Origin: Macrostomum lignano
Taxonomy: Eukaryota
DNA: 64,000 bases
Direction of reading: 5' to 3'
NCBI GenBank assembly: GCA_002269645.1
Contig: NIVC01000967.1
Coordinates: forward strand, 1-64,000
The notes below the pieces were generated by a model. It made no database searches. It was not told the DNA's origin and was given only the letters and a program-made list of their open reading frames with translations. Of the stretch, positions 46,317-59,365 are shown piece after piece. The position numbers and the translations under genes were made by a program. The stretch's first letter is position 1. Each line of letters opens with the position of its first letter.

Positions 46317-47094
46317 GGCATATATCATGCAATGGTCCGTAAGAAGCGTAAAGCAAGTGTCTTCAGAAGGCAAACATGTATTCAATAGCTCGTACAAAAT
46401 AGCAAATAACAGTTTTATCAATTTGCTTCAAGCAAGGTTCATCGAATTTTTTACTACAATCACTTGAACAACACCACAACCCTCTCACCGACAATCTCCA
46501 CCTTGTCGACAGTTGTTTGTTTTTCTTAGCAGGTGGTACAGTTTCCTGACCTGTCGATCCAAGAGGTTCAACGCGAACGTCAATCTGTTGAGAGCTGGAG
46601 ACAACCAGAGACAAAACAGTTCACCCTCTGAGGGAAAGTGCCGTCACTGAGGAGTCTCAGCCATGAGTCGAGCCGGGGAACGAGATGCCTTTATATGTCG
46701 TCCAGATGTCGTTGTAGATCTTCAGCCGTCAGTATTATTACCAAGCGGTCTCGTAGGTGTGTCATCGTTATTGACTCTTGTCGCATCTTTAGCTGGCTCC
46801 ATATCCATAAATAATTGGTCGAACGACAAATCGATTTCGTCAAGATCGACGTATAGCACTAGTTGAAAAGTGGTTAAAACCTGCTAGTCAGCTTGGGTGC
46901 CTTAAGTAATTTTCCAATACTGTACAGTATACATTTGTCTATGGCATTAGAAATTTTGCTAATCGTCCTGCTCATTGAAATCCATGCAGTTTGGCGTAAG
47001 TGAAGTTTACATACATGTACTATAATAGCACCATCACTTCAGTCATGTTTAGCTGTTTATGTCAATTAAATTGTAGGGATATCTATTTAATTAA

Positions 47095-47368
47095 GCTAAT
47101 TGCCAGCAATGTCTGACTGTCAGTTGTAGCTAATTGTCAGGCAATATCTGACCGTCAGTGGTAGATAATTGTCAGCAATGTCTGACTGTCAGTGGTAGAT
47201 AATTGTCAGCAATGTCTGACTGTCAGTGGTAGCTAATTTTCAGGCAATATCTGACCGTCAGTGGTAGATAATTGTCAGCAATGTCTGACTGTCAGTGGTA
47301 GATAATTGTCAGCAATGTCTGACTGTCAGTGGTAGCTAATTGTCAGGCAATATCTGACTGTCAGTGGC
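47095..47368. repeat. ~34-bp repeat related to the 17-bp ATTGTCAG satellite
   Basis: GTCAGTGGTAGATAATTGTCAGCAATGTCTGACT repeated. Confidence 0.85.
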
Positions 47369-47914
47369 ATGCAATTTAGCAAGAACGATAGCACCAGATC
47401 TCTGGTTACTATTTAGTTAATCCCCAGCGGAGTCGTGACAAAACCGCCCAGTGCAGCACGATTATTCCCTTTGTCTCCAGGCGGCCGACTTATCAAGTTT
47501 CTGATCTCTTTTGATGTGAAAGCAGTGCATGCGCAAGAAGCAAACACGACCAATCTGTGCGCAAACTGCTCCTGTTTGTCGAAAATTTAAGCGAACAATT
47601 TTGGAATTTTGTGTACCCAAAACTAAGCTGCGACAGTGACAATGTTATTCGTCTCTGGTAAGGTGAAGGCCGCATAGGATCCTGGATCAACTTGATGCTG
47701 CAGATGCGGATCAACTTAATGCCTATGGATTATTGCAAGCTGCAAGCTTCATCATACGAGACTTAAAAGAACGGCTCGCTTCCCTTACACGAATAGGAGT
47801 AGGAATACGATACCGGATTAATGAGCGTTAGCAACCAAGGATTACTACATCAGACTCTCAGAGAATCGTTTTGGAATGTGCATAGATCTGCTTGGTTGCT
47901 ACCCAGCTATATCT

Positions 47915-48622
47915 TATGAGCCTGCCTACTCATGAAGACCTTTGATCTCATCTTGTGAGCCTGCCTACTCATGAAGACCTTTGATCTCATCTTGTGAGCC
48001 TGCCTACTCATGAAGACCTTTGATCTCATCTTGTGAGCCTACCTACTCATGAAGTTCTTTGATCTCATCTTGTGAGCTTGTCTACTCATGAAGGTCTTAG
48101 ATCTCATCTTTTGAGCCTGCCTACTCATGAAGAGCTTTGATCTCATCTTATGAGCCTGCCTACTCATGAAGACCTTTGATCTCATCTTGTGAGCCTACCT
48201 ACTCATGAAGACCTTTGATCTCATCTTGTGAGCCTGCCTACTCATGAAGACCTTTGATCTCATCTTGTGAGCCTGCCTACTCATGAAGACCTTTGATCTC
48301 ATCTTGTGAGCCTACCTACTCATGAAGTTCTTTGATCTCATCTTGTGAGCTTGTCTACTCATGAAGGTCTTAGATCTCATCTTTTGAGCCTGCCTACTCA
48401 TGAAGAGCTTTGATCTCATCTTATGAGCCTGCCTACTCATGAAGACCTTTGATCTCATCTTGTGAGCCTACCTACTCATGAAGTTCTTTGATCTCATCTT
48501 GTGAGCTTGTCTACTCATGAAGGTCTTAGATCTCATCTTTTGAGCCTGCCTACTCATGAAGAGCTTTGATCTCATCTTTTGAGCCTGCCTATTCATGAAG
48601 AGCTTTGATCTCATCTTATGAG
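47915..48622. repeat. 39-bp minisatellite GAGCCTGCCTACTCATGAAGACCTTTGATCTCATCTTGT
   Basis: About 18 copies. Confidence 0.95.
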
Positions 48623-49077
48623 CAAGGTTATTTGCAAGGTTAACCTTTCGAACCCCGCTTTAGGAATTTAAGGATTGCACAAGCAGTCTCAATAAACCAT
48701 TTAAAAGACACAAAGGCGTGTACGTGAACATTGTTGTTAGCACTTATCTAACACCTGAAAGCACGTATTTGAATGTAGCAATCTTAAAATTCATTCCAAT
48801 TTTGAATTGAAGGCGGCGCATTACAGGCTTGAAATTGATATATGAATTCTCTGAACAAAAAGATGGTGAGTAACAAAAAATACTGTTTGACCTGGATGGG
48901 ATCTGCGGGATGGACTCGAGACAGATCTCTACAATGAGATCAAATTTTCTACTTCAAATGCTGAAAGAAAATATCTGCGACCAAGCCTTACTGAGTATGT
49001 GCCAACTTAGCAAAAACAGATCTAAAAGACTACTGTAGGGAATCACTTGCTTGTCTTGGCAAGACAAGGATCAAACA

Positions 49078-52000
49078 TCAAGAGCCACCGGGGGCTGCCG
49101 CAGTCTGAGAGCAGTTCCGCAGAAATTGAGTAACCTTTGAGCAGAACTCAACAGGCCGGTCCGCGTGCACCCAGTGGCCGGCGCCCTCCACGAATACGAT
49201 TTCAGAGCGGGGGAACAGGCGCAGAATGCTGGCGTCCTTGGGGCTGCAGTGGGGGATGTCAGCGATAGCTAATTTTCAGTGTTGGCTAATTGTCAGCGTT
49301 AGCTAATTGTCAGCGTTGGCTAATTGTCGGCGTTGGCTAATTGTCAGTGTTGGCTAATTGTCAGTGTTGGCTAATTGTCAGCGATAGCTAATTGTCAGCG
49401 TTGGCTAATTGTCAGTGTTGGCTAATTGTCAGCGATAGCTAGTTGTCAGCGTTGGCTAATTGTCAGCGATAGCTAATTGTCAGCGTTGGCTAATTGTCGG
49501 CGTTAGCTAATTGTCAGCGTTGGCTAATTGTCGGCGTTGGCTAATTGTCAGTGTTGGCTAATTGTCAGTGTTGGCTAATTGTCAGCGATAGCTAATTGTC
49601 AGCGATAGCTAATTGTCAGCGTTGGCTAATTGTCAGCGTTGGCTAATTGTCAGTGTTGGCTAATTGTCAGCGATAGCTAGTTGTCAGCGTTGGCTAATTG
49701 TCAGCGATAGCTAATTGTCAGTGTTGGCTAATTGTCAGTGTTGGCTAATTGTCAGTGTTGGCTAATTGTCAGTGTTGGCTAATTGTCAGTGTTGGCTAAT
49801 TGTCAGCGTTGGCTAATTGTCAGTGTTGGCTAATTGTCAGCGATAGCTAATTGTCAGTAAAAGCTAATTGTCAGTGCTGGCTAATTGTCAGCATTGGCTA
49901 ATTGTCAGCGATAGCTAATTGTCAGTAAAAGCTAATTGTCAGCGATAGCTAATTGTCAGCGATAGCTAATTGTCAGTGATAGCTAATTGTCAGTAAAAGC
50001 TAATTGTCAGTGTTGGCTAATTGTCAGCATTGGCTAATTGTCAGCGATAGCTAATTGTCAGTAAAAGCTAATTGTCAGTGTTGGCTAATTGTCAGCATTG
50101 GCTAATTGTCAGCGATAGCTAATTGTCAGCGATAGCTAATTGTCAGCGATAGCTAATTGTCAGTGATAGCTATTCAATAATTGTCAGCGATAGCTAATTG
50201 TCAGCGTTGGCTAATTGTCGGCGTTAGCTAATTGTCAGCGTTGGCTAATTGTCGGCGTTGGCTAATTGTCAGTGTTGGCTAATTGTCAGTGTTGGCTAAT
50301 TGTCAGCGATAGCTAATTGTCAGCGATAGATAATTGTCAGCGTTGGCTAATTGTCAGCGTTGGCTAATTGTCAGTGTTGGCTAATTGTCAGCGATAGCTA
50401 GTTGTCAGCGTTGGCTAATTGTCAGCGATAGCTAATTGTCAGTGTTGGCTAATTGTCAGTGTTGGCTAATTGTCAGTGTTGGCTAATTGTCAGTGTTGGC
50501 TAATTGTCAGTGTTGGCTAATTGTCAGCGTTGGCTAATTGTCAGTGTTGGCTAATTGTCAGCGATAGCTAATTGTCAGTAAAAGCTAATTGTCAGTGCTG
50601 GCTAATTGTCAGCATTGGCTAATTGTCAGCGATAGCTAATTGTCAGTAAAAGCTAATTGTCAGCGATAGCTAATTGTCAGCGATAGCTAATTGTCAGTGA
50701 TAGCTAATTGTCAGTAAAAGCTAATTGTCAGTGTTGGCTAATTGTCAGCGTTGGCTAATTGTCAGCGATAGCTAATTGTCAGTAAAAGCTAATTGTCAGC
50801 GATAGCTAATTGTCAGCGATAGCTAATTGTCAGTGATAGCTAATTGTCAGTAAAAGCTAATTGTCAGTGTTGGCTAATTGTCAGCATTGGCTAATTGCCA
50901 GCGCTATCTATTAGCAGCACTCACTCAATGTAGGGTGACTTTGAGCCGCCAATAAAAACGGTTGGCCCGTCGTAAACAGCCTGGCAGCTGTTCAACTCGC
51001 AGCCCATCAGCTGTTCAATATGAGTCAGCAAAGCTGGCAGATTGATTCGCCACCTGAACTTTCCCGGACAATCTGGCTCCTCCATCAGGTTGGTGAGTAG
51101 GAATTCTCGGATCGCCTTCTCCTGAAATTGATAAGTTTTCAGCAACAGTGTACTTTTGTGATAGTAGAAAGACTAATAAGATGACGAAGCATTTGTCATT
51201 TATAATACAGTCATAGTGACGCTCGCTGTTTACCCAGCTAATACAATGCAAATATCTTACAGGCACCTCGGCAGTCAGAAACTCAGAATAGGCCTTCTTA
51301 GTGCCGGCCAAAGACGGGTCAGGCGGCCGGCTCAGGTCCAGGCTGAGCATCAGCTCCATGATGCTGCGAAACCAACCCGGCTTGGAGCCGCTGGGCTGCG
51401 GCGAGGCGTCCACAACAATTAGCGACCGCACCAGCTGCGGCTGCGGCAGGCAGGGAATAGATCTCAGTCTGATATTTGCTTCCCATCTGATCTCACCCTG
51501 ACTCCAATCTAATCTCACCCTGACTCTAATCTGATCTCACCCTGACCCCAATCTGATCTCAGCCTGACTCCAATCTGTTCTCACCCTGACTCCAATCTGA
51601 TCTCACACTGACTCCAATCTTATCTCAGCCTGACTCCAATCTGATCTTACCCTGACTCCTAATCTGATCTCACCTTGACTCCTAATCTGATCTCACCTTG
51701 ACTCCTAATCTGATCTCACCCTGACTCCTAATCTGATCTCACTCTAACTCAAATCTGATCTCACCGACTCAAATCTGATCTCACCTTGATTCCAATCTGA
51801 TCTCACCCTGACTCCAATCTCATCTCACCCTGACTCCAAGTTGATCTCACCCTGACTCCAATCTAATCTCACCCTGACTCCAATCTGATCTCACCCTGAC
51901 TCCAATCTGATCTCACACTGACTCCAATCTGATCTCACCCTGACTCCAATCTGATCTTATCCTAACTCCAGTCTGGTCTCACCCCGACTCCAATCTAATC

Positions 52001-52997
52001 TCACACTGATTCCAAGTTTATTTCACCCTGACTCCAATCTAATCTCACCCTGACTCCAAGTTGATCTCACCCTGACTCCAATCTAATCTCACCCTGACTC
52101 CAAGTTGATTTCACCCTGACTCCAATCTAATCTCACCCTGACTCCAAGTTGATCTCACCCTGACTCCAATCTAATCTCACCCTGACTCCAAGTTGATTTC
52201 ACCCTGACTCTAAGTTGATCTCACCCCGACTCCAATCTAATCTCACACTGATTCCAAGTTGATCACACCCTGACTCCAATCTGATCTCACACTGACTCCA
52301 ATCTGATCTCACCCTGCCATTTCATCTCAACTCTTGGCTTCTTTTATCTCTCTCAACTCCTGATCCCTGCTTGCCTCTCTCTAACACTCCCCCAACTCAC
52401 ATGCAGCAGCGCAGTCCTCATGGCCACCTTGCCGCCCAAGCTGTGGCCAAGCAGGTGCACAGGCGTGGCGTCCAGCTGCTGCTCAATAAACTGCCTGACA
52501 TCGCCAACCATAGCCGCCACGCTCATATCCTGATGATGCGGACTGTCGCCATGGTTACGCAGATCGGCGCAAATTATTGGCGAATGATTTCTGGCCAGAG
52601 CTTTGGCCACAGAGCGCCAGTTGCGGGCCATGCCGAACAGGCCGTGCAGGACGAGCAGCGGCGGCTGCGCGGCCAGGCGCGGGTTGGAGACTGCGGTGTG
52701 GGCCAGGCGCACACTGGGGGGGGTGGCAGGCGGGTTGGAGACTGCGGTGTGGGCCAGGCGCACACTGGGGGTGGCAGGCGGGTTGGAGACTGCGGTGTGG
52801 GCCAGGCGCACACTGGGGGTGGCAGGCGGGTTGGAGACTGCGGTGTGGGCCAGGCGCACACTGGGGGGGGTGGCAGGCGGGTTGGAGACTGCGGTGTGGG
52901 CCAGGCGCACACTGGGGGTGGCAGGCGGGTTGGAGACTGCGGTGTGGGCCAGGCGCACACTGGGGGTGGCAGGCGGGTTGGAGACTGCGGCTTTGAT
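49078..52997 (-). CDS. ABHD11: ABHD11-like alpha/beta hydrolase; exons ~52997-52401, 51440-51261, 51121-50925, 49243-49078; start unresolved
   Basis: VLHGLFG, DLRNHGDSPH, nucleophile GHSLGGK, H|PQLVRSLIVVDASP, FLLTNL, WRINL, FIGGSKSPY and last exon LRLFPRSEIVFVEGAGHWVHADRP (not in the ORF track). Phases are consistent. Confidence 0.92.
49262..50905. repeat. 17-bp minisatellite GCTAATTGTCAGCGTTG in the last ABHD11 intron
   Basis: About 95 copies. Confidence 0.96.
51470..52325. repeat. 22-bp minisatellite CTGATCTCACCCTGACTCCAAT in an ABHD11 intron
   Basis: Visible array. Confidence 0.94.
52680..52990. repeat. 48/51-bp repeat at the ABHD11 5' end, in frame with the hydrolase domain
   Basis: G-run lengths across units are 8,5,5,8,5,5. 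Confidence 0.9.
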
Positions 52998-53324
52998 CTA
53001 CGGCGGCCCACAAAGCTCCATGCGGCTAACTAGCTGGCTAGATGTAGACAACTGATGAACTAACTAACAACCACAAAAAACTAACTAGCGAACTACATGT
53101 AACTTGTAATTTTTATTCCCAAAATAAAGAAACACACACACCTCATAGTCGGTAGCGGTCACAATGCGGAGTAGTTAAAAAATCACCTCAGCCAAGCAGG
53201 GTGAAGCGGCTGACAAACAAGGTCACTCGGAGAAAATTTCAGCACTGAAAATTTAGTGGTTGTAAAATGGATTTACTGACCATTTTAAGTGAATGCAGCG
53301 TTTTATTGGAAACATGTGGGCTAG

Positions 53325-53672
53325 CGTGGGTGCTGTGTGTCTGGGATGCGAGATGCTGTGTGCTGTGTGTCTGGGATGCGAGATGCTGGGTGCCTCAGTG
53401 TCTGAGGTGTGAGATGCTGGGTGCTGTGTGTCTGAGGTGTGAGATGCTGGGTGCCTCAGTGTCTGAGGCTGTGAGATGCTGGGTGCCTCAGTGTCTGAGG
53501 TGTGAGATGCTGGGTGCCTCAGTGTCTGAGGTGTGAGATGCTGGGTGCCTCAGTGTCTGGGGTGTGAGATGCTGGGTGCCTCAATGTCTGAGGTGTGAGA
53601 TGCTGGGTGCCTCAGTGTCTGAGGTGTGAGATGCTGGGTGCCTTAGTGTCTGAGGTGTGAGATGCTGTGTGC
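53325..53672. repeat. 31-bp minisatellite upstream of ABHD11
   Basis: GTGTGAGAT recurs at 53531 and 53562. Confidence 0.92.
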
Positions 53673-54409
53673 TTCGGTAGGGAAAATAATGAGAACAAGG
53701 CAGTCAAGACTCAAGCAAGCTTGATGTAATACGTACAGAAATATTTATATAAAATCAGCAATACAAATTGCAGCGCCAAAGCAACACTGAAGCGAAACCC
53801 GGTACAGATTCCAAGCTTTAATCAAGCTATTGAAGCCAGTGGAAATGCGGCGAAAAACTTATTGTTAGTGAATCGCATTATTGTTATTAAAATATTAATA
53901 AAATTCAAAAAGCTTATATAAAAAAGCTGTTATATTGCAAAAACTAATAACAATATGTAAGCAGCCACTGATGACTATAAACAATTTGCACAAATCAATT
54001 AAAGAGATTCAGCAGATGTGCTTGTGTCATTTGCAACTGCTAATTCATAATGTAAATATCGAGTTCTATCCAAAAGATATGGCATAATATTTGATAGCAA
54101 TTTTGTGCATAATACTGAGCAGCCATATTTAAAATCTATATATAAAAATTATCAAAACAGAAATATAACACACTGTAGAAAATTTAATTAGTAAATATTC
54201 TACATAATAATTTTATAGTAAGGCCTTAATAAAAGTATGGGATATCATTGAAAGCTGACTCGCGAGTAAGCAAATTTTTAATGCAAAATACACTGCAGAG
54301 GGCATTTTGACTTCAGCTATGGGTAAAGAGTTAAAAAGTGTGTAAATAGAACTCTTCTCATGCAGGTCAGTAAAGCACCTTGATTCGACTTTGGATATCA
54401 TTGCACAGT

Positions 54410-55160
54410 GATTGATAGGGTTGATATCAGCTCATTGATATGATAGATAGGGTTGATATCAGCTCATTGATATGATAGATAGGGTTGATATCAGCTCATT
54501 GATATGATAGATAGGGTTGATATCAGCTCATTGATATGATAGATAGGGTTGATATCAGCTCATTGAAATGATAGATACAGTTGATATCAGCTCATTGATA
54601 TGATAGATAGGGTTGATATCAGCTCATTGATGTGATAGATAGGGTTGATATCAGCTCATTGATGTGATAGATAGGGTTGATATCAGCTCATTGATATGAT
54701 AGATAGGGTTGATATCAGCTCATTGATATGATAGATAGGGTTGATATCAGCTCATTGGTGTGATAGATAGGGTTGATATCAGCTCATTGATATGATAGAT
54801 AGGGTTGATATCAACTCATTGATACGATAGATAGGGTTGATATCAGCTCATTGATATGATAGGGTTGATATCAGCTTATTGATATGATAGATAGGGCTGA
54901 TATCAGCTCATTGATATGATAGATAGGGTTGATATCAGCTCATTGATATGATAGATAGGGTTGATATCAGCTCATTGATGTGATAGATAGGGTTGATATC
55001 AGCTCATTGATATGATTGATAGGGTTGATATCAGCTCATTGATATGATTGATAGGGTTGATATCAGCTCATTGATATGATTGATAGGGTTGATATCAGCT
55101 CATTGATATGATAGATAGGGTTGATATCAGCTCATTGATATGATTGATACAGTTGATATA
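54410..55160. repeat. 32-bp minisatellite GATAGGGTTGATATCAGCTCATTGATATGATA
   Basis: Visible array. Confidence 0.95.
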
Positions 55161-55419
55161 AAATAAAATCTGTAAAACTTTTCAGTAACAAAAATAAAAA
55201 GGGACAGGAGAATCACACTACTAATAGTAACAATAATTTATTTAGCGATCTTTATACACTTCTAATCAAGGATTGTCAATCTGCTGATGCCTGCACATGC
55301 TGGGTGGCCATTAACTTAAGTGATTATTTTTGGTTTATAAAATACTGCATCATTTATTTTATCGCCTTCACTCAGAAATGTAGTTGCTTTGGTTATTTCC
55401 GTCCCAATTTGGTGTTGAT

Positions 55420-55845
55420 TTCGCTGCGTCTGCCCTAATTTGTTGTTGATTTTGCTGTGTCTCTCCTAACTTGTTGTTGATTTTGCTGTGTCTCTCCTAA
55501 CTTGTTGTTGATTTTGCTGTGTCTCTCCTAACTTGTTGTTGATTTTGCTGTGTCTCTCCTAACTTGTTGTTGATTTTGCTGTGTCTCTCCTAACTTGTTG
55601 CTTTGATGTGTCTCTCCTAATTTGTTGTTTTTTTTATGTGGTCTCTCCTAATTTGTTGTTGTTTTTTATGTGTCTCTCCTAATTTGTTGTTGATTTTGCT
55701 GTCTCTCCTAATTTGTTGTTGTTTTTTATGTGTCTCTCCTAATTTGTTGTTGTTTTTTGTGTCTCTCCTAATTTGTTGTTGATTTTGCTGTGTCTCTCCT
55801 AATTTGTTGTTGTTTTTTATGTGTCTGCCCTAATTTGTTGTTTGC
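55420..55845. repeat. ~31-bp minisatellite just downstream of the ADAP1 stop
   Basis: TGTGTCTCTCCTAATTTGTTGTTG repeated. Confidence 0.92.
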
Positions 55846-55867
55846 TGTGCCTGTCCCTGTTGGGATG

Positions 55868-58138
55868 TCAGACGTTGCTGCGGGTCATCGAGTACAGGCA
55901 GTCCTGCGGAGTAGGCGACGAATCCAGCAGGTTGTCGATGGCGGTGAGCCACTGCTGGCAGGCGGCGGCGGAGTCGGCGGAGAACACATAGTCCCTGTCT
56001 GGCGTGCTCAGAGTGAACACGTGCTGTCCGGCCGGTTTGACCTTCTTCCTGAAGCCGGGCGGGGGCCCAGCCGAGACGCTGTAAGCCGGCCGCTGTCCCA
56101 GCCAGATCTCGCCTCTCGGCCGCGGCTCCATGAAGCCGGCGCAGTAGAACAGCGACCGGCGCAGCAGGAAGCACCAGCGGCGCTGCCAGGCCTCCGTCTG
56201 GTTTGGCCCGGTCTTGGCCAGCCAGCCGCACACGGCAAAGTCGTAAGTTAGCGGCAGTCGGAGCAGCTCCTCGGGAGACAGCAGCGACACCCGATAGCGA
56301 TAGTACTTGCAGCCGCGGATGGCGTTGTACCAGCTGATGATCTCCTGCTCCTGTTCATGGTACACGTACAGGCTGCGAGTGCGGCCCTGGTCCGGGTACA
56401 GGATCTGCATCAGGTTGGGGTGGCTGCCCTCCACGGCGACGCCAACCATCGTCACGTTCAGCTGACAGTGACGGGAGAAAATTTAGCAGCAAATTGAAAT
56501 TGAAATCTGTGCCGCTGGTGTGCAAAACACAGAGGGGCCCACAAATACACCTTGAAATCACGGACAGGTGATCAAGGACACGAAGAATTATTTGAAGACA
56601 GGCAGTCAAGACACACGAGGACAGGTCAGCAAAGACACTGAAGGACAGGTCGGCAAAGACACACAAGGACAGGTCAGCAAAGACACACAAGGACAGGTCA
56701 GCCATGACACACAAGGACAGGTCAGCAAAGACACACAAGGACAGGTCAGCAAAGACACTGAAGGACAGGTCAGCAAAGACACACAAGGACAGGTCAGGCA
56801 TGACACACAAGGACAGGTCAGCAATGACACACAAGGACAGGTCAGGCATGACACACAAGGACAGGTCAGCAATGACACACAAGGACAGGTCAGCAAAGAC
56901 ACACAAGGACAGGTCAGGCATGACACACAAGGACAGGTCAGCAAAGACACACAAGGACAGGTCAGCAATGACACACAAGGACAGGTCAGCAATGACACAC
57001 AAGGACAGGTCAGCAATGACACACAAGGACAGGTCAGCAAAGACACACAAGGACAGGTCAGCAAAGACACACAAGGACAGGTCAGCAATGACACACAAGG
57101 ACAGGTCAGCAATGACACACAAGGACAGGTCAGCAAAGACACTGAAGGACAGGTCAGCAATGACACACAAGGACAGGTCAGCAAAGACACACAAGGACAG
57201 GTCAGCAATGACACACAAGGACAGGTCAGCAATGACACACAAGGACAGGTCAGCAAAGACACACAAGGACAGGTCAGCAATGACACACAAGGACAGCTTA
57301 GTAAAGACGCAATAACCAAACAAAGCCCATCCCACAGTGGCCCAACTCACCCTATCAATGGGAATGGTGGCCTTGACCTCCCTAGCGCTGCCGTCCTTCA
57401 CAAAGTACCGCAGATAATTATCCCTCTCGGACAGTTCAAAAAGTCTGGAAAAGTACTTGTCCGAATCTTTCGACCGTTTCCACAGTTGGCCCTCCTTGGT
57501 GAAGCCGCCGCCGCCGCCCATCCGATGGTAGGCGGCCTGCAGTGCGGGGTCGCAGAACTCCCTGCGCCTGTACTTGGCCAGCACGAACTGGTGCCGGATG
57601 GCGTCCGCCTCACTGACTGCGTGCGGTTTTGGCCGGCGATAGAAGGCCGGCAGGTTGCGCTCGAGCTCCTGGGCCACCGCCAGATTGCCCAGCAGGCTAG
57701 CCAGCTCGGCCGGCTGCCAGGAGTCCCGGTCAACCGATCTGGTGTGGAATCCCAGCCGCCTGTGGAATTGTGCGGACATTGTTTAGGATTTTAAATTGGG
57801 GAACCCAGTCTAATTCCCCTTTTAGACCAACTATTGCTATTGGCTATTCCAGTGGACACCCAGATCTTGCTATTAGATTCCAGTGGACACCCAGATCTTG
57901 CTATTAGATTCCAGTGGACACCCGCTCACGAAGGTCACCTGTAGACGGCGGCGCAGGCTACGCAAGCAAAGGTGCCGCCAGTCTCCAGGCCGACTACGCT
58001 AGTTGGCCTGGCGCCGCACTCTGCGCAGCTGGCATTCTCGCCTTTATTGGCTAGGGCGCGTATCGGCGAAACTGCCTCGCCGCTATTGGCTGGCTGGCTG
58101 TAGCCAGGCGACTTCTGATTGGCCGAGGCGAAAGCCAT
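55868..58138 (-). CDS. ADAP1: ArfGAP with dual PH domains (centaurin-alpha, ADAP1/2-like); exons 58138-57939, 57759-57351, 56461-55868
   Basis: Zinc finger CAEC-X17-CVAC-X4-R, RHQFVLAKYRRREF, PH1 KEGQLWKRSKD..SRLFELSER, PH2 GWLAKTGPNQTEAWQRRW. The domain order matches ADAP1 and phases are consistent. Confidence 0.92.
56600..57305. repeat. 24-bp minisatellite GACACACAAGGACAGGTCAGCAAA in ADAP1 intron 2
   Basis: About 29 copies. Confidence 0.95.
57845..57925. repeat. Short 31-bp repeat in ADAP1 intron 1
   Basis: GCTATTAGATTCCAGTGGACACCC, 2-3 copies. Confidence 0.85.
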
Positions 58139-58364
58139 CTGCTATTGGTTGACGCTTTTCTTGCTACTGCAATGCGTCAATCATTTTAGGACAGAAAAAT
58201 GAGCGGCCTAGATTTGGCATTCGATATTCTACTTAAACTACTTAAAACGGTGTAAATCAAGTAGTATTTGAAATCAACTCGGTTTACAAAATCGAAATTT
58301 TACAACGTAAAAGCGTAAGGAACATGAAACACAGAATTAGCTGCCAACGATTTAGGTTATGGTA

Positions 58365-58690
58365 GGGTTAGATGAGGGTTAGGGTTTAGGTTAGGATAAG
58401 GTAGGCTTTAAGTGAGGGTTAGGGTTTAGATCATGGTAGGGTTTATGGTTTAAACTAGGGTTTACGTTACGTTAGGGCTTAAGTGAGGGTTAGAGTTTAG
58501 GTTAGAGAAGGGTTCAGGTGATCGAGGGTTAGAGTTTAGGTTAGGGTAGGGTTATGAGTTTTTGTTACGGTAGGGTTTAGGAGAGCTTAGAGTTTATGTT
58601 ACGGTAGGGTTTAGGAGACGGTTAGAGTTTAGGTTACGGTAGGGTTGGGTCTAGGGCGGGTTGGGTCTAGGGTGGGTTGGGTCTAGGGCC
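58365..58690 (+). repeat. Degenerate telomere-like (TTAGGG-related) interstitial repeat
   Basis: Many GGGTTAG / TTTAGG / GGTAGGG variants on one strand. Confidence 0.7.
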
Positions 58691-59365
58691 AGCAGTCAAT
58701 TGTCGTAGACCCAGAAGCACAATAATGTTAAATACTTAGAAAGTTTACAAAGTAAAAACTTATATGCTAAAAATTTGCTAATAGACTAACCAATTAAGCA
58801 TTCTGGACTATCAGCTAGAAAAATAAAACCGAAAGTTCAGTTAACAACCTGAATAATAGAATCAACGGGTTATGTGTTGTGTGTATTTTTCTACAAATTA
58901 GAAGCACATATTGATCTTGTAGAGTAGTAAACGTTGCCAGATTCTATTATAGAAGCTAGTCTATTATAGAAGCTAGTGGACCCGGCAGCGACAGAAAAGT
59001 AATCATAATAACAATAAAAGCTATTAGCAATAATAATTAAGCGAATATGAATGAAAGCCTATGAATTCCTGCACAGGACAGACATACGCGCGGATATGCC
59101 TAATGGTCTGAGCCAAATCACCTTCCTTTGCTTTTAATTGAAGATTTCAAATAATAAAAAATTATAAAAGGAAAGTATTGGGCCCAGCTACCAATGCTAC
59201 ATTTCGAACAATATATATATAATTGATCTACAAGATAGATTACTAACTATTAGACTTAAGGATAATATAATAGAATAATAAATTGACCGCAATGTACCCT
59301 TGGCTTTAGGGATATGGATAGCGAATAACGGGGATAAAACCCGTATAGAAAGTTCATAGAATAAT

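Noticed and set aside
46270-46880. A ~200-codon minus-strand frame interrupted only by four TGA codons (selenoprotein or TGA recoding?)
   Set aside because: There is no recognisable selenoprotein motif or SECIS, and at least three of the TGAs fall inside the candidate introns of the spliced model. Chance is also plausible.
47460-47720. Exon-like segment with a + strand acceptor at 47480 and donor near 47658
   Set aside because: All three + frames contain stops, and no partner exons were identified.
58365-58690. A true telomere or chromosome end
   Set aside because: The repeat is degenerate, short and flanked by genes on both sides.
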